DNA of 64,000 nucleotides. Origin: an uncultured SAR86 cluster bacterium (GTDB lineage: Bacteria > Pseudomonadota > Gammaproteobacteria > Magnimaribacterales > D2472). Below are positions 20,649-31,556 of the stretch, in pieces (within the stretch, counting starts at the first letter, position 1; each line of letters begins with the position of its first letter). The notes below the pieces were generated by a model, which was given only the letters and a program-made list of their open reading frames with translations, was not told the DNA's origin and ran no database searches. The translations under genes and the position numbers were made by a program. The stretch spans positions 4,276-68,275 of the forward strand of contig OX044367.1 in the NCBI GenBank assembly GCA_943846785.1, written 5' to 3'.

Positions 20649-21741
20649 AAAACTGACCAAGTTTTAACAAGAAATAATCATTCTCATCTTTGGTGCCAAC
20701 TGTAACTCTTATAAATTCAGGCATATCATATAAGAGCAATTGGTCGAACAATAACACCTTCTTTCATAAGTTCTGTAAATAATTCTATCAGCTTAAAATT
20801 GCCTTTAAATGCAATGAAAGTTTCCATGAGAAGGAATGCATTCCAATCCCATTCATTAACTAGTCATTAAGATAGCTCTCTTTGCTTGAGATTTAATTCA
20901 ATGCTTTTATTGAATATGTTCATGTCAAGAATTGCTAGACATGCTGCATTCTTGAGCAATGAGCATTAGAATTAAAAGGTTGTCTTATTTTATTTAATAC
21001 TCTATTCATAATTTTTATTAGCCAAGCCATATCCAATTCTAAGACTTGCTAAACCTTGAATCTTTGAAAAAGTTTTTGTAACTAATAAATTTGATACTTA
21101 TCTAAGAAGTTCAGTTTATCTACATGTAATCTTTCTCGTAACATACTCAAAATATGCTAAATCTAAGAATGACAAGAACAGATGATGGAATGCTCTTCAT
21201 CATAGACATAAATCATTATGCGTATTGTATGTTCCTGTGGGATTATTTGGGTTGGCAATAAACAAACTCTTGTATGATCTTCATATAATCTTGGAAATTC
21301 ATTAAGAGCATGTGTCCAATTCTTGTTGGAACTTCAATAATCTTTGAGCCACTAGACTTGAGTCACTATCTTATATACAGCAAATGCATGCTTTGACATT
21401 AGGGCGCTTGTATCTTTATTTAAAAAAGCCCTTGCAGCTAACTCAAGAACTTCATTAGAGCCATTGCCTATAATTATATTTTCAGGATCAAGTACTCATG
21501 ATTTGCAATCAATGCTTTTAATTTCTTTGAATCTCCATCAGGATATAAGATGCAAATCATCATTATGAGTTTTTAATGCTTTTACAGCTTCTGGTGATGG
21601 ACCAAGTGGATTTTCATTGCTAGCAAGCTTAACAACTTTTTCTGGTTTATATTCTGCAACTACTTCATCAATTGACCTTCCGGGTTCATATGGGTGGAGG
21701 TCTGTAATACCTTTATTTAAATGTTCAAAGAGATTGCTCAT
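20638..21741 (-). pseudogene. hisC: Histidinol-phosphate aminotransferase, many apparent frame breaks
   Basis: The N-terminal piece 21538-21741 reads ...YEPGRSIDEVVAEYKPEKVVKLASNENPLGPSPEA. The C-terminal reading is ...VRVTVGTKDENDYFLLKLGQFYEY, with the stop at 20638-20640. The position between pheA and tyrA matches Pseudomonas synteny. Confidence 0.8.
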
Positions 21742-22825
21742 ATATGTTGAGGATACGAACCAAGAACTCTAACTAAAGATCCTGTTGACCTTACCTCTTT
21801 AATAGCTAACTTTAACTTATTATCAAACTGATGACCTTCGCAATCAACAAAGAAATCATGCGAATCAATATTTCCTCTTGATGGTCTGGTCTCAATTTTA
21901 CTTAGATTAATTTTTCTTTTTTCAAAAGGTCGTAATATGTTTATTAATGCTCCAGGATTGTTAACAGTTTGAATTAGGAAAGATGTCTTGTCTTTACCAG
22001 TGGACAATATTTCTTTTGACCAATAACTAAGAATCTTGTTTTATTTTCAGAATAATCTTGAATATTACTTTTTTGGAGTTTAAGTTTATATTTCTCTATA
22101 GCCAAAGAATTAACTATGCAGAGAATATTTTTATTTTCTTTTGCATACTTAGCTGCTACTGCTGAGCTTGGCATTTCTAACCTTTTAATAGATCCAATAT
22201 TTTTTTCAATCCATTTACTACATTGACCCAGAGCCTGAGGGTGAGAAGCAATTGCAAAAGCATCCTTAAGATCAAACTTATTTCCTGAGGCGAGTTGATG
22301 GTCAATATTTAAATATATTTCGCCAATAATAGAAATATTTTCATTATCAGCTAGGCAGTTTAATGTAGTATTAATTACTCCCTCAGATGAATTCTCAACT
22401 GGAACAACACCTATATCGGTATCTCCATTAATTACTTGATAGAAGACATCATCTATTGTTGGTGATGGAATTCGGGAAACTAATGAACCAAAATGATTAT
22501 CAACAGCAGCCTCAGAATGAGTTCCCTCTGGTCCTAAATATGATATTTTAAGTGCTTCTTCTAAGGATAAACAGCCTGAAATTAATTCTTTATAAATACT
22601 CCTTACTTTAGTATTTGATAAAGCGCCATTTTCATTTGCTTTTAATATATTTCTTAAGATATTGGCTTCTCGATCAGGCTTATAGAAAGATGTATTTGGA
22701 CTAATTTTTGATTTAATTTTTCCTATATCTACAGCCAATGAAGCTCTGCGTTGAATTAATTTTAATAAATCAGAATCTATCTTATCTATCTTAGATCTTA
22801 AATTTTTTAACTTATCTTTACTCAT
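21738..22825 (-). pseudogene. pheA: Bifunctional chorismate mutase / prephenate dehydratase (P-protein), single apparent frameshift
   Basis: 21974-22825 covers the CM and PDT domains; 21738-22007 covers the ACT domain (SFLIQTVNNPGALINILRPF). Adding one base to the T4 run 22014-22017 joins ...FLVIGQKEILSTGKDKTSFLIQ.... Confidence 0.9.
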
Positions 22826-22827
22826 TT

Positions 22828-23904
22828 TTAGCCATATTTTGCTTCAAAGACTTTCATAAAGTCTATAAGCTGATTTACACCCTCTACAGGCATAGCATTA
22901 TATATACTAGCCCTCATTCCGCCAACTGACCTATGGCCTTTCAAATTTAAGAGTCCTTCCTGCTCGGCTTCTTCTAAAAATTTGGTATCCAGATTGCTGT
23001 CAGCAAGAATAAATGGAATATTCATAATTGATCTATTTTCAACTGAGACTGGATTAGTATAAAAACTTGAATTATCGATATAGGCATATAAAGATGAAGC
23101 CTTTCTATGATTTTGTTCACGAAAAAAATCTAAGCCTCCTGATTTTTTAATCCACTTAAAAACCTTACCAGCCATATACCATGAAAACGTTGGAGGTGTA
23201 TTTAGCATTGAATCTGATTCTGAATGTTTTGAGTACCTTAGAATATTGGGCAGGCTTTCATTTTCCATACTCATTAATTCTTTTTCAATTACTACCATGG
23301 TTAATCCAGCTGGACCTATATTTTTTTGAGCTCCTGCATAAATTAAAGAAAATTTAGATACATCAATAGGCTCACTAAGAATTACAGATGACATATCTGC
23401 AATAAGAGGCTTGTTTAATGTTGGTGGTGCATGTATAGCAACACCTTGAATTGTTTCATTGGGGCAATAGTGCACATATGCAGCGTCTTTAGTTATTGCC
23501 CAACTATCAGGACTAGGTGCACTAGTAAAGCCTGAGTCTTCAGAAGAAGCTATGGTATTTATACTGGTAACTTTTGATGCTTCAGATACAGCTTTTTTTG
23601 ACCATGAACCTGACACAATATAATCAGCAGAAGCCTCTTTGCTTCCAAAATTTAATGGGACCATGGCAAATTGATGAGTAGCACCACCTTGAAGAAATAA
23701 AACATCATGGGATTCAGGTATATTTAATATATCTTTAAAATCCTGTTTGGCTTCAGTAGCAACACCATCATAAATTTTTGATCGATGACTCATTTCCATG
23801 ATAGACATGCCAGAATCACCCCACTCCAAGAGCTCTTCTTTTACTTCAGCAAGTACTTCTTCAGATATTACTGCGGGGCCAGCGCAGAAGTTCCACTTAC
23901 GCAC
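22828..23904 (-). CDS. serC: Phosphoserine aminotransferase
   Basis: Intact 358 aa: MRKWNFCAGPAVISEEVL...LFLQGGATHQF...YAGAQKNIGPAGLT (PLP-Lys motif). Confidence 0.95.
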   Translation of the reverse strand: MRKWNFCAGPAVISEEVLAEVKEELLEWGDSGMSIMEMSHRSKIYDGVATEAKQDFKDILNIPESHDVLFLQGGATHQFAMVPLNFGSKEASADYIVSGSWSKKAVSEASKVTSINTIASSEDSGFTSAPSPDSWAITKDAAYVHYCPNETIQGVAIHAPPTLNKPLIADMSSVILSEPIDVSKFSLIYAGAQKNIGPAGLTMVVIEKELMSMENESLPNILRYSKHSESDSMLNTPPTFSWYMAGKVFKWIKKSGGLDFFREQNHRKASSLYAYIDNSSFYTNPVSVENRSIMNIPFILADSNLDTKFLEEAEQEGLLNLKGHRSVGGMRASIYNAMPVEGVNQLIDFMKVFEAKYG

Positions 23905-26450
23905 TATTCCTCATCATCATCCTCTTCATTTGGGATGGTTACACATTCTATTAACTTCTCGCCTTCTTTAGGAGAAATAATTTTTACACCTTGAGTATTT
24001 CTACTTAATGTCGGGACTTGAGTAACTGAAGTTCTTATCATAGTTCCCTTATCACTTATTAACATAATGCCATCCTCGTCCTCAACGAGAGCAGCTGCAA
24101 CCATTGAGCCATTTCTATCGCTTGTTTTCATGGAAATAACGCCTTGACCTCCCCTATTATGCGAGGGAAAGTCATCAAGTTTTGTTTTCTTCCCATAACC
24201 ATTTTCAGAAACACATAAAATAGTTTTAAGAGGATCTCCAACCATCAATGAAATTAATTTTTCATCTTTCTTGAGCCTAATTCCTCTGACGCCTCTAGCT
24301 GTTCGTCCCATAGCACGAACATGAGATTCATTAAATCTTATTAATTTTCCTGAAGAGGCAGCAAGAAGTATTTCATCATCTCCAGAGGTTATTGCAGTTC
24401 CAATTAACTTATCATCATCATCGAGGTTTATTGCCTTGATACCAGATTTATATTTCTTAGCAAAAAGACTTAGACTAGTTTTTTTAGTAGTCCCCTTTTT
24501 TGTTGCCATAAATATAAATTGATTATCTGAAAATTCAGCCACTGGCAAAATATCACTGACCGATTCATCGTCATCTAGATTTAGCATATTAACTAATGGT
24601 CTACCTTTTGATGTTCTTGAAGCTACAGGGATTTCATAAACTTTTAACCAAAATACTTTGCCTTTAGTTGTAAAGCATAAAATCTGCATATGACTGCTTA
24701 AAACATATAAGTTTTGAATTAAATCTTCTTCTTTTACAGCAGCTGCAGCCTTGCCCTGACCGCCTCTTCTTTGTTCTCTGTACTCATCAAGCGGTTGAGT
24801 TTTTGCATACCCACTTCTGGAAACTGTTAGAACTCTCATTTCTTCAGGTATAAGATCTTCATTTGTTATACCACGACGTGTATCGTTAATTAATGTTCTT
24901 CTTTCATCTCCAAAATTATTTTTAACTTCCTCAAGCTCGGAGATCATCAGATTTTTTAGAACTTCTTTATCATCAAGTATTTTTTGAAGATCAATAATTT
25001 TTGCAACAATATCAGCAAACTCATTACTGAGATTATCTTGCTCAAGGCCTGTAAGCCTAGCAAGCCTTAGCTCAAGAATTGCTTTAGCCTGATCAGAAGA
25101 AAGTTTATATTTTTTACCCTTAATTCCTAATTCTTTACTTAGACCTTTTGGTTTACATGCATCACTTCCAACTTTCTTTAGAATTGCCTCAACAGGACCA
25201 GCTTTCCAATCTTTTTTACATAGAGCTTCTGCTGCAAGTTTTGGATCTTTAGATTTCTTGATAATAGTAATGACTTCATCAATATTAGCTATTGCCACCA
25301 TTAGGCCTTCAACTATATGCCCTCTCTCTTTTGCTCTTCTAAGATCATATTTAGTTCTTTTAGTAATAATATCTTTTCTATGCTTAATGAAAGCTTCAAG
25401 CATCTCTTTAAGATTTACTTCCTTGGGTTGACCATCTACAAGAACAGTAAAGTTTATGCCAAATGATTGTTCAAGCTGTGTTTGTGCAAATAGATTATTT
25501 TCAAGAACTTCAACGGAATCACCTTTTCTAACTTCTATAACAACTCTAAGACCATCTTTATCTGACTCATCTCTTATTTCAGTAATGCCTTCAATTTTTT
25601 TATCCTTTACAAGCTCAGCAATTTTTTCAAGCATCCTAGCTTTGTTAACCATATATGGAATTTCATTAACGATAAGTGATTGTTTGCCAGACTTCTCATC
25701 CTCTTCAATAGAAGTATTCGATCTTGTATGAATAATGCCTCTTCCGGTCTTATATGCCTCATAAATCCCAGCTCTGCCATCAATAGTTCCACCAGTTGGA
25801 AAGTCAGGACCAGATATATCTTTGATCAATTCATCTATTGAAAGTTTAGGATCATTAATAAGATTAATACTTGCATTTAGAACTTCCGTTAGATTATGAG
25901 GAGGTATGTTAGTGGCCATACCAACAGCAATACCTGATGAGCCATTTACAAGAAGCGTTGGAATTTTAGTAGGTAAGACATCTGGAATAAATTCGCTACC
26001 ATCATAATTTGGTGAATATGAAACAGTTTCCTTTTCAAGGTCCCCATACATTTGATCAGTAATTTTAGCCATTCTGACTTCTGTATATCTCATCGCTGCT
26101 GGCGGATCACCATCGATTGATCCAAAGTTTCCTTGACCTTCGACTATTGGATATCTCATAGAAAAATCTTGAGCCATTCTTACCATTGCATCATAGACTG
26201 CACTATCACCATGAGGGTGATATTTACCAATAACATCACCTACAACTCTTGCTGATTTTTTATAAGGTTTATTATAAGAATTTTTAAGATCATACATTGC
26301 ATATAGAATCCTTCTATGGACTGGTTTTAAGCCATCTCTTATGTCAGGAAGAGCTCTGCCATGTATAACACTTAATGCATAACTTAGATAAGATTGCTTA
26401 AGCTCATCTTCAATATTTACGGATATTACTTCTTTTGCGAAATCACTCAT
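23904..26450 (-). CDS. gyrA: DNA gyrase subunit A
   Basis: Intact 848 aa: ...[21 protein letters not shown]...[17 protein letters not shown]..., active-site AAMRYTE, C-terminal beta-pinwheel repeats and an acidic tail. Confidence 0.98.
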   Translation of the reverse strand: MSDFAKEVISVNIEDELKQSYLSYALSVIHGRALPDIRDGLKPVHRRILYAMYDLKNSYNKPYKKSARVVGDVIGKYHPHGDSAVYDAMVRMAQDFSMRYPIVEGQGNFGSIDGDPPAAMRYTEVRMAKITDQMYGDLEKETVSYSPNYDGSEFIPDVLPTKIPTLLVNGSSGIAVGMATNIPPHNLTEVLNASINLINDPKLSIDELIKDISGPDFPTGGTIDGRAGIYEAYKTGRGIIHTRSNTSIEEDEKSGKQSLIVNEIPYMVNKARMLEKIAELVKDKKIEGITEIRDESDKDGLRVVIEVRKGDSVEVLENNLFAQTQLEQSFGINFTVLVDGQPKEVNLKEMLEAFIKHRKDIITKRTKYDLRRAKERGHIVEGLMVAIANIDEVITIIKKSKDPKLAAEALCKKDWKAGPVEAILKKVGSDACKPKGLSKELGIKGKKYKLSSDQAKAILELRLARLTGLEQDNLSNEFADIVAKIIDLQKILDDKEVLKNLMISELEEVKNNFGDERRTLINDTRRGITNEDLIPEEMRVLTVSRSGYAKTQPLDEYREQRRGGQGKAAAAVKEEDLIQNLYVLSSHMQILCFTTKGKVFWLKVYEIPVASRTSKGRPLVNMLNLDDDESVSDILPVAEFSDNQFIFMATKKGTTKKTSLSLFAKKYKSGIKAINLDDDDKLIGTAITSGDDEILLAASSGKLIRFNESHVRAMGRTARGVRGIRLKKDEKLISLMVGDPLKTILCVSENGYGKKTKLDDFPSHNRGGQGVISMKTSDRNGSMVAAALVEDEDGIMLISDKGTMIRTSVTQVPTLSRNTQGVKIISPKEGEKLIECVTIPNEEDDDEE

Positions 26451-26520
26451 TTTGATAGTCTTTTTTGTTAAAAAATAGGTCCTTTAATTAAGGTTTATTT
26501 TAACATAAATAACTAGTGAT

Positions 26521-27903
26521 TTATTCTTTAAATTCTGAAACTAATCCACCAATAGACTCTTTAGCATCTCCAAAAAGCATTCTTGTATTTTGTTTAAAGA
26601 ATAGGGGATTTTGAACGCCAGCAAAACCAGAAGACATTGATCTTTTTAGAACAAAAACTGTCTTTGCATTATGGACTTCAATGATAGGCATCCCATAAAT
26701 AGGACTTCCTGGCTCTTCAGTTGCAGAAGGATTCACAACATCATTTGCGCCAATTACTACAGCAACATCTACGGCATCCATTGTTGGATTAACATCATCA
26801 GGTTCTGCAAGAACATCATATGGAACATTTGCTTCTGCCAGAAGCACGTTCATATGGCCTGGCATTCTTCCTGCAACTGGATGTATTCCATATTTTACTT
26901 CTGTACCATTTTCTTCTAATAACTCTCCAAGCTCTCTGACAACGTGCTGAGCTTGTGCTACAGCCATGCCATATCCAGGAATAATTAATACGGAGCTTGC
27001 GCTTTCTAAAATTAAATATGCATCTGAAACACTTATTGGACTTACTTCTCCCTGCTCTTCTGCAGATGAGCCACTTGAGCTAGAACTTGCATAGCCAACA
27101 AACAAAATATTATTTATAGATCTGTTCATTGCCTTGGCCATTATGACTGTCAAAATAAGGCCGCTGGCGCCAACCAATGAACCTGCAACAATCAAAACAT
27201 TATTCAATAACAATAAGCCAGCAAATGCAGCAGCAATTCCTGAGAATGAATTCAACAAAGATATGACAACAGGCATATCACCACCACCAATTGGAAGCAC
27301 GAAACCAATACCACCCATAAGTGTTAGGACTAGTAAGACAGTGAAGAATTCAAAATTTGTAACCAATAAAGGCGTGACAAAAACAGAATAAATTAAAAAC
27401 ACTAATGAAGCATAAAAAATAGTTGTAAATATTTTTGTAATAAAAGATGTTTTTGCTATCTTGATTTTCTCAGCTAACTTACCGTAAGCAATAAGACTCC
27501 CAGTAAATGTAACTCCACCAATATATAAAGTAGTCATTACCAATACATGTTGGAACAAATTATCTGGGATTGAATTATACTCAGACCAAGCAATCAGAAA
27601 AGTTGCTAAACCACCAAAACCATTAAACAGGGCTACCATTTCAGGTATCGAAGTCATCTTTACTTTTAAAGCAATGATAGAACCTATTAGGGCTCCTAAA
27701 GCGATACCTCCTAAAAGGACTAAAGGATTGACTATATCAATAACAGTTATTCCTACAGCAATAAACATTGCTAAGGCAGAAAAGAAGTTACCTTTTACGG
27801 CTGTATCTTCTTTTCCTAACATCTTGATTCCAGTTATAAATAATATTGATGAAAAAATGTATACAATATTTTGTATTGCTGATATTTCTGAAAGGAAGGT
27901 CAT
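26521..27903 (-). CDS. pntB: NAD(P) transhydrogenase subunit beta
   Basis: Intact 460 aa with a polytopic N-terminal half and a C-terminal NADP(H) domain (PGYGMAVAQAQH...HPVAGRMPGHMNVLLAEA). Confidence 0.95.
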   Translation of the reverse strand: MTFLSEISAIQNIVYIFSSILFITGIKMLGKEDTAVKGNFFSALAMFIAVGITVIDIVNPLVLLGGIALGALIGSIIALKVKMTSIPEMVALFNGFGGLATFLIAWSEYNSIPDNLFQHVLVMTTLYIGGVTFTGSLIAYGKLAEKIKIAKTSFITKIFTTIFYASLVFLIYSVFVTPLLVTNFEFFTVLLVLTLMGGIGFVLPIGGGDMPVVISLLNSFSGIAAAFAGLLLLNNVLIVAGSLVGASGLILTVIMAKAMNRSINNILFVGYASSSSSGSSAEEQGEVSPISVSDAYLILESASSVLIIPGYGMAVAQAQHVVRELGELLEENGTEVKYGIHPVAGRMPGHMNVLLAEANVPYDVLAEPDDVNPTMDAVDVAVVIGANDVVNPSATEEPGSPIYGMPIIEVHNAKTVFVLKRSMSSGFAGVQNPLFFKQNTRMLFGDAKESIGGLVSEFKE

Positions 27904-27905
27904 AA

Positions 27906-28178
27906 TTATTTCTTCTTAAACATTTTTAACATTCTGTTAGTAACTAAATAACCACCGAATACATTTATAGATGCAAAAGTAACAGCAAAAAAAGCTATCA
28001 TATTTTGCAAATCTGATTCCCTTGAAAGCACAAGAGCTCCTACAAGTGCAATACCTGAAATTGCATTGGCGCCTGACATTAAAGGAGTATGTAAGGTGCT
28101 TGGAACTTTTGCGATTAACTCGAGACCTAAGTAGATAGATAAAATCAAAACAAAGCCAAGTAAAATATATGTTTCCAT
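27906..28178 (-). CDS. pntAB: NAD(P) transhydrogenase alpha subunit, membrane part (alpha-2)
   Basis: 90-aa three-helix membrane protein (...LHTPLMSGANAISGIALVGAL...) between pntAA and pntB, giving a split-alpha architecture. Confidence 0.85.
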   Translation of the reverse strand: METYILLGFVLILSIYLGLELIAKVPSTLHTPLMSGANAISGIALVGALVLSRESDLQNMIAFFAVTFASINVFGGYLVTNRMLKMFKKK

Positions 28179-29296
28179 TATTTAAACCTCTCATTAGTTA
28201 CATTCCCATCATAAACAAGAACACTACTTTTAATTATTTCATCTTCGAAATCAAAAATAATGTTATTTGCCTCTTTGTCATGAAAATCACATATCCAATG
28301 ATTGAAATTATTAGAAAGTGCTAGTGAAGCATGGCCTGCCACTTTTGAAGCTAAATTAGAAAAACCAACTATCTTGACACCATTTTTTATAACGACCTCA
28401 TCAAGCTTAGATCCTTCAACATTTCCACCAGACTCAACAGCCATATCAAAAACAACACTACCTGGTCTCATCTTTTCTAGTGTTTTATTATCAATTAATT
28501 GAGGTGCAGGTCTGCCAAATAGTTGAGCTGTAGTAATTACAATATCAGATCTTGCACAAACTTCAGACTGAAGATCTTTTTGTTTTTGAATTTGTTCCGG
28601 ACTTAATTCTTTGGCATACCCTTGATCTGTTTGACCAGTTTCACCTAAATCAATTTTCACAAATTTTGCACCCAAAGAGTTGACCTGCTCTTCTACAACA
28701 TCTCTTGTATCAAATGCTTCAACTCTAGCGCCAAGTCTTTTTGCTGTTGCAATTGCCTGAAGGCCAGCAACCCCAACACCAATAACAAAAACCCTGGCCG
28801 GCTTAAGAGTTCCTGCAGCAGTCATCATCATTGGGAGAGCCGTTGATAATAAGTTAGCTGACTCTAAAACTGATACATATCCAGCTAGATTGGCCTGAGA
28901 GCTTAGAACATCCATTTTTTGTGCTCTTGTTATCCTAGGAATAAATTCCATGCTAACTAAATTAATTTTAGAGGTTACACAAGCATCTATTAAGGCTTGA
29001 TTTGAAAAAGGGTTAACCATTCCCAACAAAGTTGATCCAGATTTCATTGAAGAGATTTCATCTACAGTTACTGGTTGGTTTGTAATTAGTAAGTCAGAAT
29101 TTTTCAAACATTCTTCTCTGCTAGATATGTTGAGACCTAATTCCTGAAAATCTTTATCTGATGTAAATATTCCCTCTCCTATACCTTCTTCAAAGTATAT
29201 ATCAGCATCGAGTTTAGTTAATGCTGAAACTGTATCAGGATGTATCGGAGATCTATTGTCTAATTTGTCAGAAGATTTTAATGCTGAAATTATCAC
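28178..29296 (-). CDS. pntAA: NAD(P) transhydrogenase alpha subunit, soluble NAD(H) part (alpha-1); GTG start
   Basis: 372 aa, alanine-dehydrogenase-like: ...RITRAQKMDVLSSQANLAGY...VFVIGVGVAGLQAIATAKRLGARV. Confidence 0.9.
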   Translation of the reverse strand: MIISALKSSDKLDNRSPIHPDTVSALTKLDADIYFEEGIGEGIFTSDKDFQELGLNISSREECLKNSDLLITNQPVTVDEISSMKSGSTLLGMVNPFSNQALIDACVTSKINLVSMEFIPRITRAQKMDVLSSQANLAGYVSVLESANLLSTALPMMMTAAGTLKPARVFVIGVGVAGLQAIATAKRLGARVEAFDTRDVVEEQVNSLGAKFVKIDLGETGQTDQGYAKELSPEQIQKQKDLQSEVCARSDIVITTAQLFGRPAPQLIDNKTLEKMRPGSVVFDMAVESGGNVEGSKLDEVVIKNGVKIVGFSNLASKVAGHASLALSNNFNHWICDFHDKEANNIIFDFEDEIIKSSVLVYDGNVTNERFK

Positions 29297-29474
29297 AATA
29301 ATTTAATAAAATTAGTTATGTAGTGAAGTAAATCTTATTAAAATTAAAATGTCAATTCAAATTATAAACCCCATCAAAATAAGATAAAAATAAAAAAATC
29401 CTTGTAGTTTTACTACATTGTTTAAATAAATTTAGTTGTGTATTAATGAATTCAATATGTTGTAAAATACTGCA

Positions 29475-30167
29475 ATGAATATAGACCAACAAGAAGTAAA
29501 CAAATTTGCTGAACTTGCTCAAAAGTGGTGGGACAAAGGCGGCGACTTTAAACCACTTCATATTATCAACCCCTTAAGAGCTAAATATATTGAAAATAAA
29601 ATTTCATGCAAAGGAAAAGAAATTTTAGATGTTGGTTGTGGGGGTGGACTCCTGTCTGAAGCGCTTCATGATTTTGGTGGACATGTAACTGGTATTGATG
29701 CAGCAGGTCCTGGTATAGAAATAGCAAAATTACATGCAGATAAAGATAAAAAATTGATTACGTATATAGAGTCTACAGCTGAGGATCTTTTAGAATCATC
29801 TGAAAAAAAATTTGATATTGTTACCTGTCTTGAGGTTCTAGAGCATGTTCCAGATCCAAAATTGCTTGTAAAAACATGTTGTGAGCTTTTGAAGCCTGGA
29901 GGTCATTTATTTTTATCTACAATCAATAAAAATCCTAGATCGTGGATAACGGCTATAGTTGGTGCTGAATATATTTTTAATATACTTCCTAAAGGAACGC
30001 ATGAGTTTGATAAATTTATCAAGCCCTCTTCCCTAGCAGCATATATTAGAGATGCAAATGTTGAACTATTAGAGTCTAAGGGCATGTTTTACAATCCGAT
30101 TACGCACAAAGCAAATCTTAATAATGATCTTGGTGTGAACTACTTGATGTATGCAAGAAAATTATAA
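29475..30167 (+). CDS. ubiG: Ubiquinone biosynthesis O-methyltransferase
   Basis: Intact 230 aa: EVNKFAELAQKWWDKGGDFKPLHIINPLR...ILDVGCGGGLLSE... . The Pseudomonas-like neighbourhood (ubiG, HAD, SDR) supports the call. Confidence 0.9.
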   Translation: MNIDQQEVNKFAELAQKWWDKGGDFKPLHIINPLRAKYIENKISCKGKEILDVGCGGGLLSEALHDFGGHVTGIDAAGPGIEIAKLHADKDKKLITYIESTAEDLLESSEKKFDIVTCLEVLEHVPDPKLLVKTCCELLKPGGHLFLSTINKNPRSWITAIVGAEYIFNILPKGTHEFDKFIKPSSLAAYIRDANVELLESKGMFYNPITHKANLNNDLGVNYLMYARKL

Positions 30168-30810
30168 AACTAAGCTTGTTTTATTTGATCTAGATGGGAC
30201 GCTGGTCGACACTGCACCTGATTTCATACTTTCTTTAAACAACATTCTTCATAGGAATAATAAAGAACCATTAGATAGTAGTATTATTAGAAATCATGTT
30301 TCTGATGGTTCTGCAAAACTAACTGAAATAGGTTTTAAGCTCACAAGCGAGCACCCTTTCTTCAATAAATATAGACAAGAGTTATTAGACGAATATGAAA
30401 AAAATATAACCACATCATCAACCCTCTTTGAGGGCATAGATTTTGTATTAGAATTCTTAAATAGCAAAAAAATACTTTTTGGAATAGTCACAAATAAGCC
30501 ATTTAAGTATGCAAAGCCAGTAGTTGAGCATTTTAGAGAATTAGATAATTCTAAAATATTAGTATGTCCAGATGACATAATAAATATAAAACCTGATCCA
30601 GAGGGAGTTCTTTTTGCTTGTGCAGAACTCGATATAGATCCATCTGAAACAATATATATTGGCGATCATCCAAAAGATTTACAAGCGGGTCTAAGTGCTG
30701 GTTCTAAGGTCATTGGCTGTAAGTATGGTTATTCAATCAATGAAGATACCGATACATATGGAGCTAACTTAATAGATAAACCACAAGAAATCATTTCACT
30801 TATTAAATAA
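30151..30810 (+). CDS. HAD-superfamily phosphatase (phosphoglycolate phosphatase / MupP-like)
   Basis: LVLFDLDGTLVDTAPD (motif I), VTNKP (motif II), YIGDHPKDLQAG (motif III/IV). Its position after ubiG matches the Pseudomonas mupP locus. Confidence 0.8.
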   Translation: MQENYKTKLVLFDLDGTLVDTAPDFILSLNNILHRNNKEPLDSSIIRNHVSDGSAKLTEIGFKLTSEHPFFNKYRQELLDEYEKNITTSSTLFEGIDFVLEFLNSKKILFGIVTNKPFKYAKPVVEHFRELDNSKILVCPDDIINIKPDPEGVLFACAELDIDPSETIYIGDHPKDLQAGLSAGSKVIGCKYGYSINEDTDTYGANLIDKPQEIISLIK

Positions 30811-30812
30811 AT

Positions 30813-31556
30813 ATGAAAGATAAAAGTAATTTTGATAAAAAATTTTTATCAGGCAAAAACATACTAATTACAGGCTCTACAAACGGTATAGGAAAACAAA
30901 TTGCGCTTGGATTAAGTTCATATGGAGCAAATATAATATTACATGGTAGGAATGAGGATGCTCTAGACGCTATATATGATGAGGTTAGTAATAAATATAA
31001 AACTAACCCTAAAATAATTAAATGCGATTTAAATGAATTAAATGAAAACAAGGCTCAAGAATTTGCAAATGCAATTATTGAATCATATGAGTGTCTTGAT
31101 GGAATAATTCATAATGCAGCAATAATCGGAAAAATGTCTTCTATATCTGATTATGATTATGAGACATGGCAACAAGTTCTAAATATCAATATAACTAGTT
31201 CATACTTGTTAACGAAGTACCTATTTCCATTAATGGAAAGGTCATCTAATCCAAGAATAATCTTCACTTCATCAGGTGTTGCTGAAAAAGGAAGAGCGTT
31301 CTGGGGAGCTTACGCAGTATCGAAAGCCGCAGTAAAATCTTTAGCCGAAATACTGCAAGAAGAACTTGAACCAATATCAAAAATTAAAGTCTTTAATTTT
31401 GATCCTGGTAAAACAAAAACTTCTATGAGAGCTTTCGCATATCCTGCAGAAGACCCAGGCAGTCTTAAAGATGCAGCCATGCTACTAAATGATTATTTAT
31501 GGATGCTCTCTGAAGAAAGCAATAATTCAAATATAAGATATATTAAGTTTGATTAA
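30813..31556 (+). CDS. Short-chain dehydrogenase/reductase, YciK-like
   Basis: ILITGSTNGIGKQIA (TGxxxGxG) and YAVSKAAV (YxxxK); 247 aa. Confidence 0.8.
   Translation: MKDKSNFDKKFLSGKNILITGSTNGIGKQIALGLSSYGANIILHGRNEDALDAIYDEVSNKYKTNPKIIKCDLNELNENKAQEFANAIIESYECLDGIIHNAAIIGKMSSISDYDYETWQQVLNINITSSYLLTKYLFPLMERSSNPRIIFTSSGVAEKGRAFWGAYAVSKAAVKSLAEILQEELEPISKIKVFNFDPGKTKTSMRAFAYPAEDPGSLKDAAMLLNDYLWMLSEESNNSNIRYIKFD

Noticed and set aside
2767-22020. The idea that the many interrupted genes reflect an alternative genetic code (stop-codon reassignment) or programmed frameshifting.
   Set aside because: Intact genes in the same window terminate normally at TAA, TAG and TGA and use TGG for Trp. The interruptions are mostly frame changes, not recurrent in-frame stops of one kind. 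No shared slippery heptamer or downstream structure is seen at the breaks I resolved.
29352-29561. 69-aa ORF in the pntAA/ubiG divergent spacer, overlapping the ubiG start.
   Set aside because: It has no motif and overlaps the well-supported ubiG N-terminus on the opposite strand. The composition is typical of a random AT-rich ORF.
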